Notes under the pieces: model-generated
Seen by the model: the letters and a program-made list of their open reading frames with translations, nothing else
What the model was told of the DNA's origin: nothing
The model's database searches: none
Made by a program: the position numbers and the translations under genes
Part shown: piece by piece, positions 30,441-39,531 of the stretch
Position numbering within the stretch: position 1 is the stretch's first letter
Layout of the letters: every line of letters begins with the position of its first letter
Assembly (NCBI GenBank): GCA_021604805.1
Contig: BQJR01000002.1
Location: forward strand, 133,078-197,077
Direction: 5' to 3'
DNA from: Planctomycetota bacterium
GTDB taxonomy: Bacteria > Planctomycetota > B15-G4
Length of the DNA: 64,000 bases

Positions 30441-30486
30441 AACCGCCGCGGTCAGCCTTCGGGTCGGCCGCGGCGGTTTCATTTAC
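30441..30486 (+). terminator. Probable intrinsic terminator (11-bp perfect stem followed by TCATTT)
   Basis: aaccgccgcgg (30441-30451) pairs with ccgcggcggtt (30468-30478). A T-rich tail follows. It lies 35 nt after the stop at 30406, between convergent genes. Confidence 0.65.
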
Positions 30487-30514
30487 GGAGCGACCACCCA
30501 GCGCGAGCGGGCAA

Positions 30515-30631
30515 CGCGAACACTCGGCGTGAGCACGTGGCGCGAACACTTGGCGCGAGCACTTGGCGCGAACACGCAACGCGAACACGCGGCGCAAACA
30601 CTCGGCGCGAACACTCGGCGCGATCACGGAG
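30515..30631. repeat. Tandem array of about nine copies of a 13-nt unit (CGCGAACACTYGG)
   Basis: Read directly: cgcgaacactcgg cgtgagcacgtgg cgcgaacacttgg cgcgagcacttgg cgcgaacacgcaa cgcgaacacgcgg cgcaaacactcgg cgcgaacactcgg cgcgatcacggag. Intergenic, between two convergent 3' ends. Confidence 0.85.
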
Positions 30632-30750
30632 CGCCATCCGCGGTACGGCGCGCGGAGTCCTGTCGCGCAAGACGATCCGCGGGGTACGGACCTCTCCCAC
30701 GAATGATGCGTGTGGGAGGGTGACCGCCCGCAGAACGCGGGCGGTGCGGC

Positions 30751-31020
30751 TCAGCTCGCCTTGACGGCGGCGGCCTTGCGCTTCACGAGCGACTTGCGAC
30801 GCGCCGCCGTGTTGCGGTGGATCACGTTGGTCTTGGCGGCCTTGTCGATCTTCTTGTAGGCGTGGTTGACCGCCTCGGTGATCACGGCGCTGTCGCCACC
30901 CGCCACGGCCTCGTCGACACGACGGATAGCAGTTTTCATCGCGGAGGCCTTACCACGGTTGGTAAGCCGACGCTTCTCATCCTGACGCATGCGCTTCGAG
31001 GCTTGACGAGAGTTGGGCAT
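30751..31020 (-). CDS. rpsT: 30S ribosomal protein S20
   Basis: Starts at an internal ATG of ORF 30751..31179. MPNSRQASKRMRQDEKRRLTNRGKASAMKTAIRRV...HRNTAARRKS is canonical S20. Confidence 0.95.
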   Translation of the reverse strand: MPNSRQASKRMRQDEKRRLTNRGKASAMKTAIRRVDEAVAGGDSAVITEAVNHAYKKIDKAAKTNVIHRNTAARRKSLVKRKAAAVKAS

Positions 31021-31177
31021 GGGGTGAATCCGGGGACAGCGTGGGGTTGCTTGGGGCTCCGGAAGACTTCCCTCCGGGCCCGTGATCGAGCCGCGCATCC
31101 TAGCGCTTCCCCCGGCAGCCGCGCCAGCCCCCAGCTGGGCGTGCGCCGCGCGGGCCGCCATGCCATCATGCGCCCCC

Positions 31178-31708
31178 ATGGATCCCGCTGAGTTTCGTCT
31201 ACGTCATTGGCCCGACCCGGTGCTGCTGCAGGCCACCGCCCCCGTGGAGCGTTTCGACGCCGAGCTGGAGGCCCAGATCGCCCGCATGTGGGAGATCATG
31301 TACGCCGAGAAGGGCGTGGGCCTGGCCGCCCCGCAGGTCGGCTGGCCGGTGCGGCTGCTGCTCCAGAACCCCAGCGGATCGGCCGACGACACCAGCGAGG
31401 CGCAGGTGATCATCAACCCGCGCGTGCTCAAGAAGTGGGGCAAGCACGTCCACCAGGAGGGCTGCCTGTCCTTCCCGGACATCTTCGTCGACATCCAGCG
31501 CCCGGCCGGCATCCGCCTCGCCTGGCAGGATGAGACCGGCGCCGAGCACGAGCAAGACCTCAACGAGTTCCCGGCGCGCATCTTGCAGCACGAGATGGAT
31601 CACCTCGAAGGCGTGTTGCTCGTGCACCGCATGAGCCCCGTGGACCGCATCCGCTACCGCTTCGAGCTCGAAGAGCTGCGCGCGGAAGCCGAAGAAGCCA
31701 CGAGCTGA
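31178..31708 (+). CDS. def: Peptide deformylase
   Basis: Starts at an internal ATG (MDPAEFRLRHWPDPVL). Motifs GVGLAAPQVG, EGCLSFP, QHEMDHLEG. Confidence 0.95.
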   Translation: MDPAEFRLRHWPDPVLLQATAPVERFDAELEAQIARMWEIMYAEKGVGLAAPQVGWPVRLLLQNPSGSADDTSEAQVIINPRVLKKWGKHVHQEGCLSFPDIFVDIQRPAGIRLAWQDETGAEHEQDLNEFPARILQHEMDHLEGVLLVHRMSPVDRIRYRFELEELRAEAEEATS

Positions 31709-31721
31709 GCGGCGCAGCAGC

Positions 31722-32684
31722 GTGCAGCGTCACCATGTTTCCGAGCTCGCGGAGCTGCCGCTGACCCTGCCCGGTTCGGTGGTCACCGTGGGTGTCTTCG
31801 ACGGCGTGCATCTCGGTCACCAGTCGATCCTGGATCACTTGCTGGCGAGCGCGCGGCAACGCGGCCTGCCTTCGGTGTGTGTGACCTTCTCGATCCACCC
31901 GCGCGCGGTCATCGGCAGCGAAGGCCCGCGTCAGATCCTCTCGCTCGAACACCGGCTCGAGCTGCTCGAGGCGGCCGGCGTGGAGCACGTGGTCGTGCTC
32001 GAGTTCTCGCCGGAGTTGGCCGCCACCGAGGCCGAAGACTTCGTGGAGCGTCTGTTGGTGCGCGCTCTCGGCACGCGCGAACTCGTGATCGGCCACGACA
32101 CGGCTGTGGGTCGCGGGCGACGCGGCGACGGCGCCTTCCTGGTGGAGGCCGGCCTGCGCTACGGCTTCAAGGTCGTGGCGCTGGGCGAGGTGCTCGTCGA
32201 CGGGCAAGTGGCGAGCTCCACGGCTCTGCGACGCGCCATCGCCGCCGGGGAACTCGTCACCGCGCGCCGCCTGCTCGGACGCCCCGTGTCGCTGCTCGGC
32301 AAGGTCGTGCACGGCGACGGCCGCGGCGCCACGATCGGCTTCCCCACCGCCAACCTGGAAGTGCTCAGCGAGGCCTTCCCCCCGCTGGGTGTCTACGCCG
32401 TGAGCGCGCGCTGCGCCGAGGGCGACCTGCGCGCCGTGATGAACTACGGCCTGCGCCCCACCTTCGAGCAAGGCGCCGCGCGCGCGGTCTTCGAGATCCA
32501 CGTGCTCGACCGCGAGGGCCTCGAACTCTACGGCCAGCCGATGGAGGTGTTCCTGCTGCGCTACCTGCGTCGCGAACAACGCTTCGCCGGGGTCGACGAG
32601 CTCGTCGCGCAGATCCACCGCGACGTAGCCGCCGCACGCGAAGTCCCCGAGCAAGCGCTGCCCGCCCGCCACGGCGCACGCTGA
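31722..32684 (+). CDS. ribF: Bifunctional riboflavin kinase / FMN adenylyltransferase
   Basis: VVTVGVFDGVHLGHQSIL (FAD synthetase nucleotidyltransferase motif). GKVVHGDGRGATIGFPTANL (riboflavin kinase). Confidence 0.93.
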   Translation: MQRHHVSELAELPLTLPGSVVTVGVFDGVHLGHQSILDHLLASARQRGLPSVCVTFSIHPRAVIGSEGPRQILSLEHRLELLEAAGVEHVVVLEFSPELAATEAEDFVERLLVRALGTRELVIGHDTAVGRGRRGDGAFLVEAGLRYGFKVVALGEVLVDGQVASSTALRRAIAAGELVTARRLLGRPVSLLGKVVHGDGRGATIGFPTANLEVLSEAFPPLGVYAVSARCAEGDLRAVMNYGLRPTFEQGAARAVFEIHVLDREGLELYGQPMEVFLLRYLRREQRFAGVDELVAQIHRDVAAAREVPEQALPARHGAR

Positions 32685-32689
32685 CACAG

Positions 32690-32760
32690 TCTCGCACGCG
32701 CCAACGCGGTCGAGCGCACGCCGACGCGGGTGAGTGCACGCCGACGCGGTCTCGCTCACG
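32690..32760. repeat. About three tandem copies of a ~20-nt unit (TCGAGCGCACGCCGACGCGG-like)
   Basis: tctcgcacgcgccaacgcgg / tcgagcgcacgccgacgcgg / gtgagtgcacgccgacgcgg, read directly. It lies between the ribF stop and tRNA-Phe. Confidence 0.55.
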
Positions 32761-32856
32761 TTGCCTGGAGCACGTTGCTCTGCGCACCCGCGACGCGCGT
32801 CGTGGTGATCAACAAAGAAGGCCGCTCGCGCCGGGCGCGAACGGCCTTCAAGAATG

Positions 32857-32932
32857 TGGTGGGCAGACCCGGATTCGAACCGGGGACACCTGCATTTTCA
32901 ATGCAGTGCTCTACCAACTGAGCTATCCGCCC
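32857..32932 (-). tRNA. tRNA-Phe (anticodon GAA), CCA encoded
   Basis: The reverse complement reads GGGCGGATAGCTCAGTTGGTAGAGCACTGCATTGAAAATGCAGGTGTCCCCGGTTCGAATCCGGGTCTGCCCACCA. The 7-bp acceptor stem contains one G-U pair. D-stem GCTC/GAGC. Anticodon stem CTGCA/TGCAG with loop TTGAAAA. T-arm CCCGG-TTCGAAT-CCGGG. 76 nt. Confidence 0.93.
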
Positions 32933-33072
32933 CGCGCCTCGGGCACTGCCCGAAGCGAGCGCGCAGTGTGGAGTTTTCCCCCGAATCGATCAAGCGGCCG
33001 CCCGCTCCTGTTGCTCCCGCCCCGCGCGCCGGCGAGCGCATGCGTGGCCCGGATCGGAACTGGGGCGCCGCC

Positions 33073-33157
33073 CAACGCGAGACCTGGCGCGAGGCTCGGC
33101 GCGAGGCCTGAAGCAAGGCCCGATGCGAGGCCTCCCAAGCGGCCTCCGACGAGCCCC
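33073..33157. repeat. Degenerate 12-nt periodic tandem repeat (GGCGCGAGGCCT-like, ~6-7 units)
   Basis: ggcgcgaggctc ggcgcgaggcct gaagcaaggccc gatgcgaggcct cccaagcggcct ccgacgagcccc. Intergenic, next to tRNA-Phe. It generates the spurious GLAS/GLAP-repeat ORF 32923..33162. Confidence 0.55.
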
Positions 33158-33214
33158 GGCACGAAGCTGGGCAGAACGCCGTGAGCACCGACAGCTGCGA
33201 AGCAGCCCGGCGGC

Positions 33215-35632
33215 TCAGCTCTCGCCGAACTCCATGCCCTCGTTGAGCGCGCGGCCGGCGTCGCGTTGCGCGCGGGCGGCGGCCGTCATCGCGTCGCTGG
33301 CTTGACGCGCGTGCTTGGCGGCCGCGTCGCGCGCGAGTTCCTGACGCTCCACGATGCGCGCGTGGGCCGCGCGCACCTGTCCCAGGCCTTCGCGAGCGCC
33401 CGTGAGCTTGTCCTCGAGTGCGCGCACTTCGGTGCTCAGTTGGCGGCGTCGCTCGACGAGTTCCTGCAAGCCGACCTGGGCCGCGTGGGATTCCCGCTCG
33501 GCGAGCTCCCGCGCCGTCACGCGCTGGGCCTCCACCGCGGCCGCCTCCTCGCGCAACGTCTCCAACTGACGCTGCGCGCGCAGCACTGCCTGCGTCTGCT
33601 CCTCGGAATCGCGGCGCGCTTGCTCCTCACGCCCGGCCCACGCCTCCACGGTCTCGCGGGCGGTCGTGGCGCGCTCTTCCAGCTCAGCGAGCTCAGCACG
33701 GCGTCGCGCATCGTGTTCGGCGTGCTTCGCGCGACGACTCTCCTCGGCTCCACGGTCGCGTTCGAGGCGCGCTGAGAGCTCGTCGAGCCGCTGCTGGGCC
33801 TCGTTCACCTCCGTGCGACGCTGCTCCAGTGTGCTCTCGAGCTCCAACAACTCGCCGCGCATGCGTTCGGTGCGCTCTTCGGCGATGCGCGTGGCGCGGC
33901 GCGCCGCGCTCTCGGCCTGCTCCTGTTCGGCCAACGCGGCCTCGCGCGCGCTCTGCTGTTCCTGCACCAAGAGCCGCATCTGCTCGACCTCGGTCACGAG
34001 CGCCGAGCTACGACCATCGAGGTCGGCGAGGTGCGCTTCGGCGGCACTGCGTCGCTCGGCCCAGAGCGTCTCGGCCTGCGCGTGCTGACGTTCCTGCTCG
34101 GCGTGCCGCTCGCGCGCTTCGCTCTCGGCCTGCTCGCGATCGCCTCGCAACGCGAAGAGTCGCTTGCTCTCGCGATCGGCTTCGTCGCGGAGACCGCGCA
34201 GTTCACTGGCGCGGGCTTCGCACTCGGCGGCGAGCTCCGCGCTCTCCTTGGAGGCCTTCAAGCTGCGCGCTTCGGCTTCCCGCGCTGCGTTCTCGAGCTC
34301 TTCGAGACGCTGCTCGCCCGCGCGCACCGCGGTCTCCACGTCGATGCGAGCGGCTGCGGCTTGAGCGCGTTCGGCCTCAGCCTCCGCCAACTCGCGACGC
34401 ACCGCCTGCTCGCGAGCGCCCGCCGCGCGCGCTTCTTCCTCGGCGCGCTCGTGGCGGCTCTCGGTCTCGCTCACGCGCGCGCTGAGTTGCGCGGCGCGCT
34501 GCTCGAGCGTGCGGATCGCCTCGCGCACTTCGGCGTGGTGCGTCTCCGAGACGATGATCTCCTCTTCGATCTCGCTGAGCGTGCGTTCGTGATCGGCCAA
34601 GGACGCTGCAGCGGCGGCGCGCGCGTGCTCGGCGTCGCGGGCTTGGTTCGCGGCCGAGTCGGCGAGATGACGTGCGCGCGCGAGCTCGTCGCGCGCCTCG
34701 ATGAGTTCGGGATCCTGACGCGGGCGCTCAGGCGTGGGCGTGGCGTAGCGCGCTTCGGCCGCGAGCGTTGCGGCCTCGGCGGCCTTGACGGCCTCGATCG
34801 CCTCGACGGCCTCGGCCGGCTTCGGCGCGCTCGTGGACTCCGCGCCCTGCAGCTCGAGCAGCTCGCGTTTGCGCGCATCGAGACGTTCGTCGGCTTCGCG
34901 GATGCGCTCGACGACCAGCTTGTAGCGCTGTTCAGCGTCGCGATGCCGAGCCACGGTGGAGCGCACCGATTCCTCAGCGTTCGTGACCCGCGCCAGGGCC
35001 TGCTCCAAGCGCGTCTCGGCACCTTTGAGTTGGAGCCGTGCCTCACGTTGACGGCGATCACTGCTCGAGAGCGCCCGAGCGGCGTCGTTGGCGGCGTCTT
35101 CGGTGGCGGCGCGCTGCAACTCGGCGCGTTCGAAGGACTGCCGCGCCTGGATCAAGCGCTGCTCCTCGGCCTCGCACTCGCTGCGCGCCCGCGCGAGACG
35201 CTCGCTCAACTCTTCGAGCTCGGCCACGCCTTCGATCTCGAGGAGTGTGGGGTCGAGAGGATGCGCCTCAGTCGACGGCGCGTTGGGAGCGACCGCGTCG
35301 GAGGCGTGCGTGTCGGAGGCGTGCGTGTCGGAGGCGTGCGTGTCTGAAGCGTGCGTGTCTGAAGCGTGCGTGTCTGAGGCGTGCGTGTCGTGCTCAGCGC
35401 GCACTCCGGGCGCGGGGTCGTCGGCGTCAGCCTCAGCGAGCGACGACGCGACATCCGGGAGCGGCGGCAAGTCGGCCGTGAGGTCTTCGAGCGACGCCTG
35501 CGCGCGCTCCTCTTCGAACTCGATCACGAAGCTGGTGTCGCAGGTCTTGCAGCGTGCGCGGCGGCCTCGGAGCGCGGGCGCGAGACGAAAGCTTCGTCCG
35601 CACGAAGGACACAGGCTCACTCGCAACGCCAT
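33215..35632 (-). CDS. Large coiled-coil protein with N-terminal zinc-ribbon and HASDT pentapeptide repeat
   Basis: 805 aa with an ATG start. The N-terminus CPSCGRSF...RCKTCDTSF is a 2xCxxC zinc ribbon. It is followed by the (DTHAS)x6 repeat and ~650 aa of Glu/Arg/Ala/Leu-rich heptad-like sequence. Confidence 0.8.
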   Translation of the reverse strand: MALRVSLCPSCGRSFRLAPALRGRRARCKTCDTSFVIEFEEERAQASLEDLTADLPPLPDVASSLAEADADDPAPGVRAEHDTHASDTHASDTHASDTHASDTHASDTHASDAVAPNAPSTEAHPLDPTLLEIEGVAELEELSERLARARSECEAEEQRLIQARQSFERAELQRAATEDAANDAARALSSSDRRQREARLQLKGAETRLEQALARVTNAEESVRSTVARHRDAEQRYKLVVERIREADERLDARKRELLELQGAESTSAPKPAEAVEAIEAVKAAEAATLAAEARYATPTPERPRQDPELIEARDELARARHLADSAANQARDAEHARAAAAASLADHERTLSEIEEEIIVSETHHAEVREAIRTLEQRAAQLSARVSETESRHERAEEEARAAGAREQAVRRELAEAEAERAQAAAARIDVETAVRAGEQRLEELENAAREAEARSLKASKESAELAAECEARASELRGLRDEADRESKRLFALRGDREQAESEARERHAEQERQHAQAETLWAERRSAAEAHLADLDGRSSALVTEVEQMRLLVQEQQSAREAALAEQEQAESAARRATRIAEERTERMRGELLELESTLEQRRTEVNEAQQRLDELSARLERDRGAEESRRAKHAEHDARRRAELAELEERATTARETVEAWAGREEQARRDSEEQTQAVLRAQRQLETLREEAAAVEAQRVTARELAERESHAAQVGLQELVERRRQLSTEVRALEDKLTGAREGLGQVRAAHARIVERQELARDAAAKHARQASDAMTAAARAQRDAGRALNEGMEFGES
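35297..35386 (-). repeat. Six tandem copies of a 15-nt unit inside the coiled-coil CDS (encode the HASDT repeat)
   Basis: gtcggaggcgtgcgt x3, then gtctgaagcgtgcgt x2, then gtctgaggcgtgcgt, read directly on the plus strand. Confidence 0.9.
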
Positions 35633-35952
35633 GCACAGACCTCCCTTCGCCGATCACGAATCCGCGGCCACACAAGCACTTTTCCGAAGCGCCGAGCCCG
35701 CACGAGCACTTGCCAGCACGCGTGTTCGCGCACCATACACCACACCACGGGGGGCTTGGGAAGAGCGCAGCGTGACGCAAAGCGTGCGTTGCGAAAACGT
35801 GTCGTCACGTCTTGACAGCGCGCGCAGTGAGCATGTGTCAGACGCCCCACATCGCGGACCGCGCGGTACAGAACTTTGCGCGCACTTTGCGCGCACTTCT
35901 GCACCTCGTCACACAAGCGACGTGCGCGCGACGGCAGCTCGGAACACCGCGT

Positions 35953-37149
35953 TCAGAGCGTGGGCGGTGTGCGCTGTTGTGCGCGTCGCATGGCTTCGGG
36001 ATCCATCACCGTTCCCGTGACCGCTGCCACTGCAGCCACAGCGGCGCCGCAAAGCACATCGCCTGCACCCGTGGGTCGTGTGACCACGCGCAACTCACCA
36101 CGCCGCGCGGGCGCGGGGAGCTGCCCCGGTGGCAGGAGCTGCGCGCCGCAACGCAACAGCGTGCCGAGCAAGCCCTGTTCGAGCGCGTGCAGCAGGCTGC
36201 GACGATCGCTCGGCACCACGGAGAGCAACAAACCCGCATGCAACGGGCGTTCGCGCAGCACTTCCACGGCGAGCGACAGCTCCTCGACATCGCCCACGAG
36301 CACCACGTCGCTCACGGTGAGTTCCGACTCCGTGCGACTCAGCACATGCCGCGTGCCCGGGTAGGGCTCTTGCAGGATCGACAGCGGCGCGTCCTGAGCC
36401 TCCAACTCGAGATCGGGTGCCGGCGTGGGATCGGGAGCCGCCACGGGCAGCGACGCTCCCGCGCCGCGGTGCCGCGCCGCGAGGAACACCCTGGTGGCCG
36501 CGTCGGGCGGAACCACTGCCGGGTGACCCAAGCGCGCCAAGTGCGCGCACAAGGACATGCGCGCGGGCAGGCTGCGTCCCGCGATCCAGTCACCGGAGAG
36601 TTCGAGCACGGTGCCGGGCGCCAGGCTGCGATCGGCCAAGCGCGCGTGGATCTCGAGCGCGATGTCGAAGGGGCCGCACCAGCGGCGTTCGCGTCCGCGC
36701 ACCGACACCTGCAGCACTTCGGGCACGCCGATCGTGAGCTTGCGTTGCCGCAGCAGCTGCTGCGACTCTTGTGGCGTGACGCGCAGAGCGAGGCTGCCGA
36801 GCCCGCCCAGCGCCCCCGCCGACGGCTCCATCGCCGCCACGAGTTCGCCGCCCCCCACGAAGCCTTCCTGCACCGCCACGGCCTCGGGGAAGCCGCCGCG
36901 CTGTGGGTCGAGCGGCAACGGTGACCCCATCGCCGCGGCATCCCTCATCATGCGGCGACGTTGCTTGCGCGGCACGCGCGCCCCGTCGGCGATCAGCAAG
37001 CGACGACCTTGCGAGCACTCCGAGGTGTCGCCGACCAGCACGAGATCCGCGGCCGGCCCGTCGAGCAACAAGTGATCCACGGGCGCCGACACCTTCTGGC
37101 CGGGCTCGACACTCGCGCGCCCGCAACGGGCCGCGAGCAAAGCGTGCAC
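35953..37149 (-). CDS. Degenerate aconitase/LeuC-fold protein lacking canonical Fe-S ligand motifs
   Basis: 398 aa with a GTG start 8 nt after the LeuB-like stop. It is collinear with LeuC at several blocks: N-terminal LLAARCG..VEPGQKV.APVDHLLLD; LSGDWIAGRSLPARMSLCAHLARLGHPAVVPPD versus the RMTLCNMAIE..GAKAG region; and C-terminal AAVAAVTGTVMDP. However, GDSHT, GSCTN, CxxC and NRNFEGR equivalents read AMEPS, LVGDVEE, PPGQLP and TRPTGAG. Confidence 0.65.
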   Translation of the reverse strand: MHALLAARCGRASVEPGQKVSAPVDHLLLDGPAADLVLVGDTSECSQGRRLLIADGARVPRKQRRRMMRDAAAMGSPLPLDPQRGGFPEAVAVQEGFVGGGELVAAMEPSAGALGGLGSLALRVTPQESQQLLRQRKLTIGVPEVLQVSVRGRERRWCGPFDIALEIHARLADRSLAPGTVLELSGDWIAGRSLPARMSLCAHLARLGHPAVVPPDAATRVFLAARHRGAGASLPVAAPDPTPAPDLELEAQDAPLSILQEPYPGTRHVLSRTESELTVSDVVLVGDVEELSLAVEVLRERPLHAGLLLSVVPSDRRSLLHALEQGLLGTLLRCGAQLLPPGQLPAPARRGELRVVTRPTGAGDVLCGAAVAAVAAVTGTVMDPEAMRRAQQRTPPTL

Positions 37150-37157
37150 GTAGTTCT

Positions 37158-38234
37158 TCAGGAGCTCAGCGCCTCGGCGACCAGGCGACCGATTTCGTCG
37201 GTGCCCTGCACGCCGGCAGAGAGGCTCTTGATCGTGTCGTTCTGGATCAGCTCGGCCACGGTGGTTTCGATCTCAGCGCTCGCCTCGGGGTGACCGAGGT
37301 GTTGCAGCATCATCGAGATCGCCATCACGGTGGCGACCGGGTTGGCCTTGTTCTGACCCTTGTACTTGGGCGCGCTGCCGTGGATCGGCTCGAAGAGCGA
37401 CACCTGGCCGGGGTGGATGTTGCCGCTGGCCGCGACACCGAGGCCGCCCTGAATCATGGCGCCCACGTCGGTGATGATGTCGCCGAACAAGTTGGTGGTC
37501 ACGGCCACGTCGAACCACTCGGGGTTCTTCACCATCCACATGCAGGCAGCGTCGATGTAGGCGTGCTCCTGCTCGATGCTCGGGAACTCTTCGCCGACCT
37601 CGGCGAAGGTGCGCGTCCACAGGTCTTGCGCGCGCACGGCGTTGGCCTTGTCGATCATGAGCAGCTTCTTGCTGCGGTTGCGCTGCACGGCGAGCTCGTA
37701 GGCGTAGCGGATCACGCGCTCGGTGCCCTTGCGCGTGTAGCGCATGGGTTGCTCGGCGATCTCGTCGGGCGTGCCCTTGTTCTGGAAGGTGGCCTGGGCG
37801 GTGTACGCGTCTTCGGTGTTCTCGCGCACGATGACCATGTCGACATCGGCGGGCGTCTTGTCTTTGAGCGGGCACAGACGCGCGTCGTAGAGCTTCACGG
37901 GCCGCAGGTTGACGAACAGATCGAGGCCCACGCGCAGGCGCATGATCACGCCGTGCTCCACCTTGCCGACGGGCGCGCGCGGATCGCCGATGGCGCCCAG
38001 CAACACGGCGTCGCACTTGTTCTGGATCTCGGCGAAGGCGCTGTCGGGCAGCAGCTCGCCACCGTTCTCGCCGCCGGTCGCGAGCCAGTGATCCGTGCCG
38101 AAGGGGTAGTCGACGGTCTCGTAGGCGATCTTGTGCTTGGCGGCGATCACCTCGAGCACGTTCAGGCCCGCGGCGACCACCTCGGGGCCGATGCCGTCGC
38201 CGCCGATCACGGCGATCTTGTGGGTCTTGCTCAT
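37158..38234 (-). CDS. Isopropylmalate/tartrate/isocitrate dehydrogenase family (beta-decarboxylating dehydrogenase)
   Basis: Starts at an internal ATG ([19 protein letters not shown]). [21 protein letters not shown] and [12 protein letters not shown] are family signatures. Confidence 0.9.
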   Translation of the reverse strand: MSKTHKIAVIGGDGIGPEVVAAGLNVLEVIAAKHKIAYETVDYPFGTDHWLATGGENGGELLPDSAFAEIQNKCDAVLLGAIGDPRAPVGKVEHGVIMRLRVGLDLFVNLRPVKLYDARLCPLKDKTPADVDMVIVRENTEDAYTAQATFQNKGTPDEIAEQPMRYTRKGTERVIRYAYELAVQRNRSKKLLMIDKANAVRAQDLWTRTFAEVGEEFPSIEQEHAYIDAACMWMVKNPEWFDVAVTTNLFGDIITDVGAMIQGGLGVAASGNIHPGQVSLFEPIHGSAPKYKGQNKANPVATVMAISMMLQHLGHPEASAEIETTVAELIQNDTIKSLSAGVQGTDEIGRLVAEALSS

Positions 38235-38328
38235 GCTGACGAGGACTCCTGGCAACGGGAAGCGAATCGCGCATCTTCGCGGTGCAGGTCACGGGTGTCC
38301 AGGGCCAGGGCGGCGTGGGCGCGACCGC

Positions 38329-39531
38329 TCAGTCGTCTCCGGTCTCGTTCAGCAGCAGCCGCACTTGGCCGTCGATGTAGCTGCTGGTCACGATGTCCGG
38401 GCGGCCGTCGCCGTTGAAATCGCCCACGGCCACGCTGCAGCGCGATCCGCCGGCCTCGAGAAGCTGGGAGGCGCCGAAGCGACCGTCGCCCCGCCCCAGG
38501 GCCACGCAGACCCCCTCGCGCTCCTGCTCGAACCACGTGGAACCGGTGATCAGGTCGAGCTGGCCGTCGCCATCGAGATCGGCGAGACGCAACGAGTTGG
38601 CGGGCAGCGCCGCGAGATGGGGCGACGAGGGCAGCGCGTCGAGCCGTCCGCCGCCGAGGTTGCGCAGCACGAGCACCCGTTCGCTCTCGTCAGTGGTGGC
38701 GACGACGTCGGGTTCGCCGTCGCCATCCAGATCCCCCACGCTCAGCGCGGCCGGACGCTCGGCACCGATCACGGGAGTGTGCGCGCCGAGTCGGAAGCTC
38801 GTGGACGCGAACATGCCGGTGCCCGAGCCCGCCATGAGCGTGATCCCGTTGCCACTCATGTCGGTGAACAGCGCGTCGGGGTGCGCGTCGCCGGTCAGCT
38901 CGAGGACCTGCAGTTGCTCGTAAGGGTGCAAGTGCGCGAAGTAGGGCTGCGCGAGGGCGGGACGGAAGCCGCCGCTGCCGTCGCCGAGGTGGACGGAGAG
39001 CGCGTGCGCGTCGGGCAGCGTGGCGAGCAGGTCGAGGTGCGCGTCGTGGTTGACGTCCTCGAGCACCACGGAGTGAACGTGCGCGCGCGCCCCTGCGTGC
39101 AGCGGCACGCGGCGAGGCTCCGACTGGAAGCCGCCAGCGCCGTCCCCCAAGAGCACCGACGCGTTCCAATCGTCGTGCTGGATCACGGCCACGTCGAGAT
39201 GACCGTCTTCGTCCACGTCGCCGAGCGCCACGCGCAAGGCCGAGGGCCCCACGCGTGCAGGCTCGGGCACGAGCCGCAAGCCGCCGCGACCATCGCCGAG
39301 CAACACGCGCACGACACCGGCTTCGGGGCGCGGCTCATCACCGCAACACGGCCCGCAGGCGAGCACGACATCGAGGTGTCCGTCTCCGTTGAGATCGCCG
39401 ACTTCCGGCAGGCCAGCCTGCGGTCCGACGGCCACCGGTAAGTGCGTGGCGCTGAACGACACGCGCGCGGCGTCGTCGTCCGCACTGATGAGGGTGGTAG
39501 CCAGCAAACAGGCCGTGAGCGTCTGCCACAT
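38329..39531 (-). CDS. Secreted FG-GAP/VCBS repeat protein
   Basis: Starts at an internal ATG (MWQTLTACLLATTLISA) of ORF 38329..39867. Repeats include GDLNGDGHLDVVLA, GDVDEDGHLDVAV, GDLDGDGEPDVVA, ADLDGDGQLDLIT and GDFNGDGRPDIVT. Confidence 0.85.
   Translation of the reverse strand: MWQTLTACLLATTLISADDDAARVSFSATHLPVAVGPQAGLPEVGDLNGDGHLDVVLACGPCCGDEPRPEAGVVRVLLGDGRGGLRLVPEPARVGPSALRVALGDVDEDGHLDVAVIQHDDWNASVLLGDGAGGFQSEPRRVPLHAGARAHVHSVVLEDVNHDAHLDLLATLPDAHALSVHLGDGSGGFRPALAQPYFAHLHPYEQLQVLELTGDAHPDALFTDMSGNGITLMAGSGTGMFASTSFRLGAHTPVIGAERPAALSVGDLDGDGEPDVVATTDESERVLVLRNLGGGRLDALPSSPHLAALPANSLRLADLDGDGQLDLITGSTWFEQEREGVCVALGRGDGRFGASQLLEAGGSRCSVAVGDFNGDGRPDIVTSSYIDGQVRLLLNETGDD

Noticed and set aside
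30515-30631. Possible CRISPR array
   Set aside because: The units are 13 nt and directly abutting with no spacers. There are no cas genes in the window. It is a simple tandem repeat.
32857-32932. tRNA-Phe as an integration hotspot for a mobile element
   Set aside because: No integrase, no duplicated tRNA 3' end and no compositional shift were seen on either side. The flanks hold only short degenerate tandem repeats and a high-GC coiled-coil gene.
36903-39441. Plus-strand ORFs 36903..38417 (504 aa) and 38131..39441 (436 aa)
   Set aside because: They are antisense to the LeuB-like gene (strong family signatures) and the FG-GAP gene. Their products are Gly/Arg/His/Val-rich.
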